Part shown: positions 35,601 to 49,100 of the stretch, piece after piece
Position numbering within the stretch: the first letter of the stretch is position 1
How the letters are laid out: every line of letters begins with the position of its first letter
Assembly (NCBI GenBank): GCA_973895155.1
Contig: OZ316892.1
Location: forward strand, 19,727,869 to 19,791,868
From: Marsupella aquatica
Taxonomy: Eukaryota > Plantae > Marchantiophyta
Reading direction: 5' to 3'
DNA: 64,000 nucleotides
Made by a program: the position numbers and the translations under genes
The notes under the pieces: model-generated
Databases searched by the model: none
What the model saw: only the letters and a program-made list of their open reading frames with translations
Told to the model about the DNA's origin: nothing

Positions 35601-38568
35601 GAAACAATACCAAGACTTATTCAACTCCAATGTTTTTTCTGCAGTCTCCAGACGAGCACGGTCGACAACTAGCTTCGCGGAACTAGGGTTCTCGTCAATA
35701 TCCACATCTTCCTTATTTTTCTTTGCTTTCTTGGGCTTGCGAACGACAGCTTGAGAGGTGATGACAACCTTCTTCTCAACGTTTGGGGCCTTCTTCTCCA
35801 CGGCTCTGACCATGGGAGTTTTCACAACAATTTCAGCCGACTCTGTGGTCATCCCTTTCGCTTAGGAGGCTTTGCCCTTGATTCCACAACTACTGATTCA
35901 ACATCAAATTTTGCTTTTTTCTTTCCCTTTGGTGAAGGATCTTTTACAACTCCCTTTCGCTTCAGCGTCCTGATCTCCGGTTCGACCTTTTCAACTTTCT
36001 TCTTGACCGACGCAGATTTCTGTCCAACCCAAGACTTTTGAGACGGTTTCTCCTCCTGAGGTTTTGCTGGTGAAGCGACTTTCTTTGCATTGCTTGATTT
36101 TTGTATTCTGTCCTCGATCCCTTGCACTTCCTCGACAACTTGAATTCTCTTTTGAGAAGATGTTGCCTTTTCTTGTTTATCAACCGGAGATACATTTTTT
36201 CCACCTTTCACTTGAGGCACGACTTCGCGCTGGTTAGAAACAAGAACTCTCTTTCGAGATGGTTTCTTGTCTTCTTTTTGTTCTTCCCGTTGAACCTTCT
36301 TGCGGCCTGTTTTTGCCGCAGGCGGCTCATCTGCTTGATCAACAACTTTCACTCTCTTCCGAGGTAGTTTAGCTTCTTCTTTTATTTTCTCAAAATCAAC
36401 CTTCTTCCGGCCTAGTTTCCCTGATGGTGATTTTTCGTCCATTGCTTTTTTCTTCCCACTGGGTGTGGATGACTCTGACACAACACCAGCTTTCCCCTTC
36501 CTGGGCGAAACTCCCTTTGAAGTCTTTGCGTATCGCTTCTCTGTTGGAGGCTTTGCTGGGGGGATGACCTCATTTTGTTGAATTTCCCCACTCTTGACAT
36601 CATCGTTAATTGGTTCAACTCCACCTTCTAAACTTGTTGACTCTGACTCATTCTCTGACCCCGCCCGATTCTGAAAAGTCTTCTTGCTCTCTTCTTGGAC
36701 ACTTCCCTCCTCTCCGTCATCCTCATTTTTGGACTCATAGACTGATATCGTTTCATGGGACTTGCTCTCTCCAGAGGCGGACGAGTCATCGTTGGAGGAG
36801 TCATCCTCGTCCTTTCCCTCCCCATCATCATTGTCAATCTCTTTTCCACCAACATCTTTCTTCTTTGGGCGTACCAAGTCTTGGATTATTGGATGCCCTC
36901 GAATCCATTCCTCCACCTTTGTCTCACTGAAGTGTTTCATGAACACAACATTTGGAGAAATAGTCATCTTTCTCCTCCAGTCATCGTCTGGGATCTTCAT
37001 CCGCATTATTTGATCCACCTCTCGTGTCCGAGAGATAAAATATTCCGACTGCTTCATGACATAGGAGACCCGTCCAAGCCCCATAATTATTTCATCAGCC
37101 GTAAAGACCCGATCAGGTGAGAGCCATCTATCCGCCAAAGGATCAAAGAAACCGCATGAGACAACATTTGTGTCCTGGTTGTAAGGTTCAAGACAATGTG
37201 CTGAGCAAAACCCATGAAGTGGAGCAACCATCTGCTTGAAATTCCAAGCACTCTCAGACTCCAATGTCAGCAAAAGAGATGGGTTGTCCTTTGGGGACGC
37301 AAATCTTGTACAGTCTGCAAGAGTGCCAAAACTCACAAAGTTTCTTCGTCCATTTTCTGTTTTAACTCCCCTCACAATCAAACGGTAGTTGCCTTTGACT
37401 GGTTGCAATTCAAAAGACCATGAATTCACAGTCGCCAAAATATTCTCAAGTTTTGCGACCGTTGGAGTTTCAATCCGAAGCCTGTCAAAACGGAAATAAA
37501 CAGAGCAAACTCCTAGAAGACAAGGAGAAATATGTCAAACATCTGCACGACACTCGCGTAGAAAATAAAGTGAGCTGACAAACTGTTGCTTCATTATAAA
37601 CAAAATGATGTGAAAACATCCTTTACAAAATGGCCTCTTTGGCGTGTAAATGGTCCGGCAAAAAATGACTATCAGAACTTTGGAGATAGTCTTATGAGCC
37701 ATTTGAGCTCATCATGATTCGGAGTCAAAACAATGTCTAGATTTAAGAAACAATCCAATCCTCTGGAAACATAAGAGTTCCCTAACTCAAAGTATGCGCA
37801 CACATGTGGCCATGAAGGCAACAATTTTTCTTTTCCAATTCAATCCATCGCACTTTGGTATCCAATTGTCTTTCCCTCTCTTGGCCATCAGCCAGCTCCT
37901 GTCGCAAGTCATGAACTTGACGATCTTGAAACTTCTCCATCTCAAGAGAAGCTTTCATGGACTTTGCCGCTACGTCGCAAGTAATCAAATGCTGGATCTG
38001 TGCCCATCGATACTTTGCAAACATCTGCTCCCGTTTGTATTCCATTGCTTCCTTTTCATCCTCCAACGCTTTTTGGAGAATGGAATTCTCCATCAAACTC
38101 ATATCAAATGCATAAATACTTTTTTGTAACAATCCCTCAATCTTCTCAAAATTGTCCTTGCGATGAGCGCCTTCCTCTAGAAAAGTTGAACGAACAAAGT
38201 TACATGAACAATGTTTTGATTCCATATGGTACATATGAACGAGGATTCTACACGACAGTCGCATAGAAAACATGAGTTTCTACACGACAGTCGCGTCGAA
38301 ATCCATTATCTCCAAGATTGGAGAATCGGTTCTACGCGAGACTCGCGTAGAACTAAACAGGAAATTCTAAATTTTGACATAACGGCTCTCAAATAGAGAC
38401 TATGGGTCGATGAAAGAGACCCATTCTACACGACTCTCGTGTAGAGTAGACTCAAGTTTACCACAATCCATTGAAAATAGAGAAATTTAGGTCAGAATTA
38501 CCTTTGAGCTTCCTCAATGCAGCGAGAGCAAGTAATCCGGCGTCATTTTCTGCCAAAGAAGTCGTCAT
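35568..38568 (-). pseudogene. N-terminal exons of the outer cargo gene (coiled coil, globular region, long K/E/D low-complexity linker)
   Basis: Putative ATG at 38568. The GT-AG intron from ~38501 to ~38178 joins in frame to the coiled-coil ORF 37782-38273. An acceptor near 37481 leads into the 529-aa ORF. Frameshift near 35850. Confidence 0.5.
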
Positions 38569-39390
38569 TCCCTTCGCACGTGCGAACTCCTCCATGATAA
38601 TGTCAAGGACCGACTAGTTGAGCGAAAACAAATAGAAAACACAAATGATCCAAGGTCCGAGGTCCTTTTATACTCCAAGACGAGCATGAAAGAGCGTATC
38701 GTCCGAGGGGAGCGTGAAAGAGCATATCGTCCGAAGCGAGCGTGAAATGGCGTGAAACAATCTGAGGGCCAAGCGTGAGAGAGAGAGAGCGTGAGAGAAA
38801 GAGAGAGCAAGAGAGAAAGAGAGAGAGCAAGAGAGAAAGAGAGAGCAAGAGAGAAAGAGAGAGAGAGCGTGATTGAGAGAGTTAGACAATGAGAGTGACA
38901 GCGAGCTGGTCGGAAAGCAACATATATCGGCCCCTTCCGCGTGGAATACTGTCAAACAATGATTGCGGTTGCTACCCGGCCGCCAAACCTGATACTCGGG
39001 ACGTGTCACTAACATGGCGAACCACCACCCACCGCCAAACCAATCTGCATTTATGGAAATGACTGCTCACCACACACCACGCCGCCACAAAAAAGTACTA
39101 CACGACAATCTGGTAGAGTTGAATGTCTGAAATTCTTGCACCCCCACTCACTATATAACATGACAGACCACTTTGTGCAAGTCATTTTTTGAGACCTGAC
39201 TCATTTGTGCCTTCAGTCCGAGGTGGGACTGTCGTTAAAGCGTGCTCAGTTGTTTCAGGTACTGCATTGGTACAGTTTCTCGTACAGTTTTTCTCCTGTC
39301 ATTTTCAATTTTGTTTTAGTGATTGTGTCAGTATGTGAATGCATGTGCTTGAGTCTTTCCCATTGGGATGTGGTTTAACTGTATATTTAG

Positions 39391-40095
39391 TAGTAATCTC
39401 TATTGAATTTTGGACTTTTGATTTGCTACACGAGTCTAGTGTTGTTCCCCTGGTCTATCTAAATACAACATTCAATACAAAGTTCCTCAGATAACAAGAA
39501 TACTCATTTCAGAATATCCATCTCTCTATAGAAGTTTTAAGAGCCTACGAGTGTGTATTCAGTAGTAATCTCTATTGAATTTTGGACTTTTGATTGTCTA
39601 CACGAGCCTCGTGTTGTTCCCTTCGTCTATGCAAATACAACGTTCAATAGGAAGTTCCTATAAGAAGAATACTCATTTCAAAATATTCATCTCTATATAG
39701 AAGGTTTAAGAGCCTACTAGTTTGGATTCAGTCGTAAACTGTATTGAATATAGGACTTTGGATTGTCTACACGAGCCTCGTGTACGTTGTTCCCCTCGTC
39801 TATCCAAATACAACGTTCAATAGAAAGTTCCTCTAAGAAGAATACTCATTTCAAAATATGCATATCTGTATAGAAGGTTTAAGAGCCTACTAGTGTGGAT
39901 TCAGTCGTAATCTCTATTGAATATTGGAGTTTTGGTTGTCTACACAAGTCTCATGTTGTTCCCCTCGTCTAAGATACAATAGAATTTTCTATTTAATGAA
40001 AGAACCTTCAACTTTGTCGATGATTGTCTCCATTGCTTGTTCTGTGATATTTGCTTAGATTAGAGTTAGAGATTTTCACATGAGCCTCGTGTAGG
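39391..40095. repeat. ~172-bp tandem repeat (about 3.5 copies), each unit carrying the outer-element palindrome
   Basis: Units start at ~39391, 39564, 39733 and 39905 (TAGTAATCTCTATTGAATTTTGGACTTTTG...CTACACGAGCCTCGTGT). Confidence 0.85.
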
Positions 40096-40143
40096 CTGTT
40101 TTAAAAGATGTTTTTGTTGCAAATATTTTTCCTCAGATCCAAA

Positions 40144-41160
40144 ATGGCTTCAAGAACGCAGCTTCTACCTGGAGAAGTCGTTCACCTGCTTATCAATGAA
40201 CAACCAGTTGCTGGTGGAAAGGTTTTTTGTGTTCTACCTTCCGACACCTGCCACTCTGTGTTGCTTGGAGCAAAACGGATAAGTGTGGCGGTGGACAATG
40301 CTTTCTTTCACCTTGAACAGCTGCCGTATCCACATGCTGGAGCTGATCTAGTAGGAGAGTCGGTGAACTCCATTGTTTTGTGGGATCGGCAAGATGTCCG
40401 CCATGCAAATGACATGAATCTTGGAGGTCAAATAGAGTCAGCTTATGTCATTGATGACCCAGTTGACAATATTCAAGGTAATTCTGAATCAGCCATCGGA
40501 CTGGAGGGGACATAGGTTTTTGCGGAGGATTTGAAAGATCGTAGCACATGGTTCAAGAAGTTTGCCCTTCTCTATGCGGACGACGGAGAAACCTTGCTCG
40601 CAAGAGGTTGCATCATAAACCCACATCCTCTCGCGTCCATTAACAACGAGCGAGTTGGGGAAGATCATGTTGGTGTGAATATTTTGAGTCTAGCTATTGA
40701 AGCTGGCTTGGGAAAAGTTCTGTTCCCTCAATTTGTTGACAGATCACCATGCACAGTTTGATGGCCAATCAACAAAACTAGGATTGAGCCTAGAATGGAA
40801 TGTCTGAGTGATCTTTTAGATTGGAATGATGGTAACGATGAGGGAGTTAGAATTCTCTCATATATCAAGCCAAAAAGGGGCTATAACAATCAACGAAGAA
40901 ATCCTCAATCTTGATTCAAACAAGAAGGAGAGAAAACAACTCGAGAAAAGACGCAATCAAAAGATGTCTCGAGTGTCCATAGATACTCTTTATCGGGTTG
41001 ATTGTTGCTCACAGAGTTGTTGTCGACGACAACTCCGTGAGACCGTCACTGACATTAGGGCCCGCATTAGGGAAGAGTACTATGGTCTATCTCATGTTGA
41101 GCAACATACTTACATGCTCAATCATCTTCACTGTCGTGACGATGAAACCATCGCCTCAGG
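40144..41160 (+). pseudogene. 5' part of the outer transposase (two Tnp1/DUF8039-like repeats, then a Cys cluster)
   Basis: MASRTQLLPGEVVHLLINEQPVAGGKV...LPYP...IVLWD, a second similar repeat, then DCCSQSCC...EEYYGLSHVEQHTYML. In-frame stops at 40513 and 40759, plus a frameshift. Cut at the TSD. Confidence 0.65.
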
Positions 41161-41642
41161 GGGTATAACCACCGTGCTAGCAAATAGTAAATAGATATTC
41201 TCATACGAGCCAATTTTGCCTCGTACAAGAAATTTTTTGTCTCGTACGAGTAAACAAGTTCCTCGTATGAGCATATCTATTTACTCGTACGAGTTTCTGT
41301 TTTCTTGTATGAGTTTCTATTTTCTTGTATGAGTATTTTTTTTTCTTGTATGCATTTTAGTTTCTTCTCTTCACGGTATGTAGCGTCCATATATGCAATA
41401 ATTGTGTGGACAATATTATGGTGGGTCCCACCATTGTACAACATTAGAGGAAATTTCTCAACGATTTCACACAAGGACTCCAATATATTGCCACAAAATA
41501 TGAAGTCGAAACAAAGTCATACAATACTAGCGCCCGACGCTAGTATAGTATTATACAAAAAAACAACACTTTAAGAACTCACACTTCTGCCCATTAGAAA
41601 AGACAAACTACAATTGTAGCTGTTCAACGATCAAGCAACAGT

Positions 41643-44600
41643 CTACGTTCTCGTTCCCAACTGCCTATCAAGTATGTAACGGACTTCTCCCAACGTTAGA
41701 ATTGGCTGGCTACATAATGTTGATTCGAGCACATCCAGTTTGAACACATTCTTGAACACCCAATACACATGTTTGCAAGGCATGTAAGGCTTCCGATAAG
41801 TATGTCGACGGTAGAAATCCTCGCAAGAGCAACATGGGAAACAACATATATGAACCCAATAAGAGGCGACTGATCTCTCATGTTCATGGGTCCGGATACA
41901 AAATTGTTTCCCTGACGCATTTCCACTCGTGATCACTCTCTCTCCAATGACGCTCATCACTTCTTTTTCAGAGGCTTCAATTCTCTTCAAATGTGTTTGG
42001 GTAAGATGCACTCTTTGCAAGCATTTTTTCCCGTTCCTTGAAGCGTACCTCACAGATGGGTCAGTTAGGTTTATCCTCTCCAGGAAAAGATTGACATCAA
42101 TCTGTAACGCAGAAGGCAACGGTGCTTCGATTTCATCTCCACAGCCTTCGGAGAGAATAAGTCCTTGTTCTTTCAAAAATTGAATCTCTGCTCCAAAAAG
42201 ATTGGTCCCTTTGGCAATTGGGAGATGTGAAGGAACATTGGGAATGTTCGAGACTCCTCTCCTTGTTGTGCTTCGGTGACAGTGGTTGTTGGGGCAAAAC
42301 CATATCTGATCGTTATAAGGTTGCCCCTAAACATTCTACATCCTCTCACGGAAATTGCAACAACACCATCTGGATTCGGAAGACCAACCTTCTTTACTCG
42401 ATTTTGACATTCATCACGACTACCTCCCCGTCCAAGGGTTCTGTTACACACTGGACCCGCACCCCGTTTTGAGGTCCGACGCAACTGCCAGGCACCGGGA
42501 GGTACTTCACTTTCCATTGGGGAAACTGAATGACAATATGCAGTCTCGACAGGTGTTGCAGGCGTCACTGGTGGGACAGAGGATCTCGTTGCTCGACGCG
42601 TAGGTGTGTCAATGACCACAACTTCCTCAGAAGCATCGCTTTCTGACAAATTATGGACCGCATCAATTCCACCGGCTGAAGGCGTAGAAGGCATTTTCTC
42701 AAAATCAGTGGAATGCAGGTTTCTCCTTTTCAAACCTTTTGTATTTGGTGAAGTAACAAGGATGGTATCATGCCTGTGCGAGTCTTCTGCCGAGACGTTC
42801 CCAGTTGCATGTCCTTTTCGTTTCACCGATTGAGTTACAACATCACCATTCAATGGAACGCTTCTTTCCAAATCAAACTCAGCAGCGTTCGACAGGAGGA
42901 GATTGGTGGCTTCCTCAAAGAGACGCGGTGACCCCGCCAGGTCCGCCGATCTGAAGGCAAGCTCAAAAATAGTTGGGCCAGTTCCTTTGCTCAATCCCCT
43001 TTTGTATGCAGTATAAGCAGCAATTTGAGCAACCGCTCTATTTTGGTCCGTTTTACATCCTTCAAATAGACCAACCTTTTTTTTTCTGTTGCCATGCTTT
43101 CATTCCAGCATGCCTAGATTCCGAACCAGTACAATTAGGAATCATCCCAGCCTCTTCGGCACTCTTGCTTTGAAACGTTGCACGCAAGGGTTTAGTACAT
43201 GTAAGAAATTGCACACAAAAGTGGCAACACAATGGAAATAACAGTAGCGCCAGACGCTAATAAACTGATGATGATATTTCCATGTAAAGAACCGTTTAAC
43301 ACAGAATAAAGGTAGTCCTTACATCACTCATAGTCCAAATGGATTATTAGCGCTCGGCGCTACTATTGCAGATAAGGAACCCTTCTATCTCACACATGCT
43401 TCACTAGCGCCGAGCGCTATTAATGGGAACATGCATCCTATAGAAGTGTATAACTCACCAGTCTTATGAAGTTCCCCCATTGTCTCCATCGGACAACCCA
43501 CCAAGACAGCCACCCTTGCAGCATCCGAAGTTTGCCTGAGTGACAATTGCCAGACCTCCACCAGTCATCGATTTCCCTAGAGATTCGATATGCTTTCAAG
43601 AAAGTTGGCGCGTTCTGAAGACGATCCCACATCTCCTTGTGCTCTCCGTGCTTTCCATCTTTTACACCTTCTCGGGAATGACAATGAAAAGATTGGAAAA
43701 AATGAAAGGCATCTGATCTTTCTCGCTCTGGGTCGGGTACACCGTCAAAGAACACGTTTTGAACAGCATTCCAACCAGCCTGAGCATTGTCCGCCATGAA
43801 TCCCCAAATTGTAACATCCTGTAAACCATTTTCATCGGCAACCTCTAACATCAAACGCCAGGCTCTCTCCAGAGATTTTGCATCTTTGGCCTTTAGCTCA
43901 CAAGTGAATATGGTGCAAAGTGCCCGGTAATGATGATCATATACATGGGCACTGAAAGTAAGCCAATCTGCCGTGCTTCGATGCATCACGTCAAAACTTA
44001 CCCATGAACCCTCTAACGACCCACCAGGTTTCATTCTTTGGAGCAGGTCCAGACCACTACCGTCATCTTTTACGGTCATTTTAAAGATATGAGCACTCTC
44101 ATCCCGATAGCCTTGACCAGGGAGCAAGAACCTATGAAGAAAAGGTAGTCGGATACACTTTTGCATCCTCACAAGAAATTCCAGTTCCCCTTTCCCCTTC
44201 TGATCTTGACGGACACTCCTTAACACGGATGCAAACTTCTGAGGAGATGCGACGACCATCAGGGACTCCCAGATTTCCTTCTCTTCTTCAAGAGAGATTT
44301 CTTCAACAGAGGCCTCGCAAAATGTATTCGTCAGTGTCTCAGTCGTAGAGTTTTTAATCCCTGCTTGGGATGCCATGGGGTTTGCAGTGAATCCCTTCTC
44401 CAGATGAGACTTTGCAACCTTTTCTGCCTCCCTCAAAAAGACCCGTCGACTGGGATGATTGTGAAATCCCATAAGAACAGCTAGTCGCGACATGTGGGCC
44501 AAAGACTTAACGTCAACTTTTGCAGATGGATACATGTAGAACATTAGAGCAGGGCAGGCCTCAACGCACATCAGAGGTTCGGAGCAATGGTGACAAACAA

Positions 44601-45498
44601 CTCCACCTTCGAAGATCAATTCCCCAACTCGGAATGGGCCCGAAAGTTTTGGGGTTCTTGCCCACATCTCATTATTTCGAAAGTTGTTGTCTTTCCACCA
44701 CGGACAAGCATTATTTTGACACTGCAGCGATCCCGTACACTGGACTTTCCCGAAATCCCACATTTTCTTCGGAAGAACATTTGAAGACGTTTTCACAATC
44801 CGAGTCCAATAATAACAATCCTTACCACGATCCATATCTTTCAAACGTTCACCTTTTGCGTTCACACAGTCTACCGGGGGTAACTCAAAAACCACATTCC
44901 CATTGTAAGATGTGGGAAGACTAGGCACTACGTGATGAACAAAATCACTCCCCCTTATAAACCGAGACAATTCACTATGACCTTTGGATTTCAAGATTGT
45001 ATCCATTGCACTCTGCCGGTACACAGTCAAAGGCACAATCATTTCTCGATCCGCATTAGACTCCTTTTTAACCTCGGATGGGTAAACTGGAATCTTCTCT
45101 CCGAGAGTAGTTGTCGCTTGCTTATCATCTCCAGAACTTTCCGAGAGTTTGATGACATCGAGTTCAGCCACTGTGGGAGGACGAGTATAGGAGGCCCCAG
45201 AATCTCTCAAAACAAAAACCTCATATTCTTTCTGAGCCTCCAGAGTCCAATATCTTAGACCATGAACAACATCGTAGAAAAGTGGAGTCTCCCCCAAACA
45301 AACCGACACTAACGGCGAGATCGCTAAAATAGACTCCTTGGCGACATCAAATCTCACTCCCAAATATTCCTCTAAAACACGCTTTGATTCAGATGATTCG
45401 AGGACGGGAATTGTGATTACATCCAGAGTGTCCTTCCTTGTGACAACGATATTTTGAGCCATGGCTTCAAAAGAGGGATATGCATTTGCCCCACGCAA
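41643..45498 (-). pseudogene. MULE-type transposase: GCM/WRKY-like Zn domain, DDE core, C-terminal SWIM finger; spliced and frameshifted
   Basis: CTGSLQCQNNACP...CHHC...GFHNHP; WVSFDVMH (D1), FMADNAQ (D2), DAFH at the CxxH position. After an intron (~43455-43175) comes CTGSESRHA (E). SWIM: CSCEDF...PCKHVYWV. Confidence 0.8.
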
Positions 45499-46184
45499 AA
45501 TGAAATATGTTTATCATGAGATTCGAGTACGAGAAGTAAACGTTCCATTCTCATTATAGAGTCGTTATAGATTGGACGCACTCCATCAATGACGTTTTGT
45601 CGTCTTACCAACGGCAGGATTCGGGTTCATAGTTACTAGCACCTGGCGCTACCTCTATGTGTAAAACACCCTTGGATGAGGACTACGAATGCCAATAATA
45701 ATAGCGTCTGGCGCTACCTCTGGGTGCAAACATTCTTGGGTGAGGAGTACGAAGGCAATAAATAATAGCGCCTGGCGCTACCTATTTCAATGGACTTGAA
45801 AACATTCAATGGAAGGATAAGTACGACAACGCAATACAGTACGAGTCATTAAGTTGGCACGCTTTAAGATCTCCACTGGATCTTCGCGAATCCGATCCGT
45901 CCGGGTCCAAATGTGCCAGAGAGGAAGCGTCCACGAAAGTTATATCAGAGGGTCCTCTTCGAAGTGGGCAGCCAGGACCAAGTGCAAACTCTCCTTATAT
46001 CTAGTCGTTCTCCTCCGATGTCCTCATTGTCAAGCCATTCTTTACTGAGTCGCAGTTGTGGCTCATCTTTCGGGCGCGTGGTTCCCGTTCTCGCATTCGG
46101 GCCCAGTTGTTCTTTTTGGCTTTCGTGCGCGTTCTTGTTCTCCTTCTCGTCCTCGTTTCTCATTCTCGTCCTAGTTCACTTTCA

Positions 46185-49100
46185 ATGGCACCTCCACAGG
46201 GAAAGGCAAAGGAGGAGGCACTTGTCCCGAGTGACACCGACCGGGAGACCCCCGCATCAAATAGCTTACCGCCTCGGGACGAGAGGATGACGGTTCCAAT
46301 CTCGAAGAAGGGGAAACTCATCTCAAAGACGAAGAATGCCCCAACTATGGGACGCAGCAAAGGATCCAGTCGGCCAAATGCGAGCGGCCCAACTTCTGTT
46401 CCCGCTAGGGATATCGCCCATGCTTCAGTCGGCCGTCCAAGAGCCGACACTATCTGCACGGGAGTCTCCGTATCTTCTTCATCCACTGAGAGTGATCGTT
46501 CTTCGAGCGGGGACTCATCACCGAGCAGGCAAGGATTTGCGTGGTATGGATCGAGCGACTCGAATGACGACTCTGATGCGTACAAGCCAAGTTGGTGGGA
46601 AGACTGATTTCCCGGTGTCAGAGCGTCTCGTTTGAGTGCTGGAGAGACTTGGAGGATCCATCGAGGTTGATAGGATCTAATTCCACTCGTTTTTTTCCGT
46701 TACAAAACACATACCGTTCCTTCCTCGTATGTCGGATTTCTAGTGTATTGTAACATTTTGTATATGAACGGCACAGCCGTTCATTTTTACCCCGGTGTCA
46801 ATGCTTTTGAATTCAGAAGACCAAGCTTTAATTTTGGGTTCTACTCCCGTGTTTGCATTGTATTTCTGAATGCGAAACTGATCTATTTCTTTGAAATGGC
46901 CATAAACACTCGTTTGCTGTCAATGTTTTTACTAGCGTTTGGCGCTATTATGACAAACAAAGTGTCCATAACACTGTCGTGACATTTCTTATCTCTAAAG
47001 TGTTTTTGATAGCGTTGGGCGCTACTAATGAAAGGAATCACAAGTCAGACCCGTTTGGAGTTATTTTTACTTTTATTTCAACAAAGTCTGTTCAATTGAT
47101 GTGCATTTTAATAGCGCCAGGCGCTATTGTAATTCATTGGAATATTCGTTGAATGAATGGGTTCATGTGGTCATGTTTGTTGTCATTGGACTCCTATTTC
47201 ATCATTTATTTGGATACTAGCGCCAAGCGCTACTAAAGTTGGCTTGTTGACTCCTGCACAAAATTGGAAAATTTATAGACACTTGTGTTGATAGTACTGT
47301 CCGAAGCTACATTAAGACGGTTTTTCAGATACATTTGAAAGTATGTTGTATAATAGCGCCTGGCGCTATCCACAACTATCGACATTGATGTGGTTCCAAC
47401 GGTCACTTTCCAACGGTAATATTATAGTAGATTGAGGTTCACGGAACCCTTTTTGCTTTTGTCTGGGATGAAAGTCCAATCGGAGAATGCCATCTGTACT
47501 TGGGATTGTTGTAATCGAATGGCTGGTTCCAATGTATCGGTGTCTTAATACGAGGTGGAGATCGCTCGTTTGGGATAATTTAGTCCGTCTACGCGCTCAG
47601 ACCTTGGACTATATGAGTTTGTCAAGTGCATATGTGCGTCCTTTATTGGTCCCGTACATTTTGAGACGTGATCGTGACAAGAACTGCACGGCGCGTCCGG
47701 CAGTGCCTTTGGTCGAGTCGCTCTCCATGGCAACTTTTGGCTGGGTGATACGAGAATGGGGGAGGCTGATGGTGGTCATTTTGAGTCCTCTCAGTCTTCG
47801 TTCGCTGGTTCAGTATACACCCGTCGTGTCACTCGATCGACTGCATCCCTGTCGACTTCCGAAGCTGAATCTGCACAGCCCTTCCCGAGGTCGAGGAGAG
47901 GGAGAATGGACCCTAAGGACGTCTCCATGGGTGAAGTCAGTGACATAGGCTTATCGATAGACGAGGTAATATCAAAGCACGCATTGTCGTTCGGGAAGGA
48001 TTTTTGAGGATTCGATAAGGAGCCACCTCGAATTCCTCTTTGTAGATTGCTCCCCATGGAGGTTGTTCGAACCTTACAGAAAGAAAGTGCATCGATCGAG
48101 AAGTTGAAAGAATCATTCCGTGTCACCGGGTACAACTCGCGCATTGGGATGCCTTTCTACGTTCAGCCTGCGAATGCCGATGGGGTTTCTCAGATATGCA
48201 CCAGCAAGATCCGGGACTCTTGGGATCCAATTTGGGTCGTAGAAAATGACAAGTTTGAGGAAGAGTGTGATGCGGACCCAACATTCCATATTCTAAAAGA
48301 TAAAATGTTTTGTGTGTTTGACAGAAATCATCGATTGTACTCATGGTCAATCCTCACGAGGGAGAATCCGAACAACTTGAAGTATCATCCTCGTGTGATT
48401 TGCGTCATTTTCAATGGTGACAGAGGTTCGCTAGTTGAGCTCGAGGCGGCAATGCACACCATGAACCAATAAGTTCTATTTGTTAACTGTTGTTACCCCT
48501 GTCATTCATTTTGGACCAAACATGCTTTGCGAAAGTGTTCATTCCCCAATTTTTGCTAGCGCCGAGTGCTACTAATTCCTTTTCATTGCATCCAGGCTTG
48601 GACAAGCAGTCGTCGAGCCTTCCTGGATTCTTGACGCGGACAGAATTTCCCGAATTTTGTCGCGTGATCTTGATCACTATAAGCCACTCATCGACAGCGT
48701 GAACATGGCAAAGTTTGAGGCGATCCGAAAGAAGACGAGAAAGGGGTCTTGGTTTACACATAAAATGCCACAGGATGCTCTCATCTACATTCTGTGTGTG
48801 GACAAAATCAAGTCTTACTCAAATCAATTTAAGTCTGATATGGCTTTAGCCAAAGCTCAAGGGGCTTCTTGGTCAGAAAAGGAGACCACAAAGAGGCATG
48901 AGGCAATGATGAAGGAGGCGACCAAAGATTGGTCGATCAAAGTGACGAAGATCACCCCTTTACTTCATCCGGATTTTGGAGATTATTTGGGAACCTATGC
49001 TGAGATGTATCCCGTAACTGAGAAGAACAAACAGGAGAAGAAGCCAGACACAGTTGTATGCACAATGGATCGAGCCAGGTTGTTTACTGCTGTTTCATAC

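Noticed and set aside
39391-40095. Regularly spaced palindromes as a CRISPR array
   Set aside because: The sequences between palindromes are copies of each other, not unique spacers. There are no cas genes and the context is eukaryotic.
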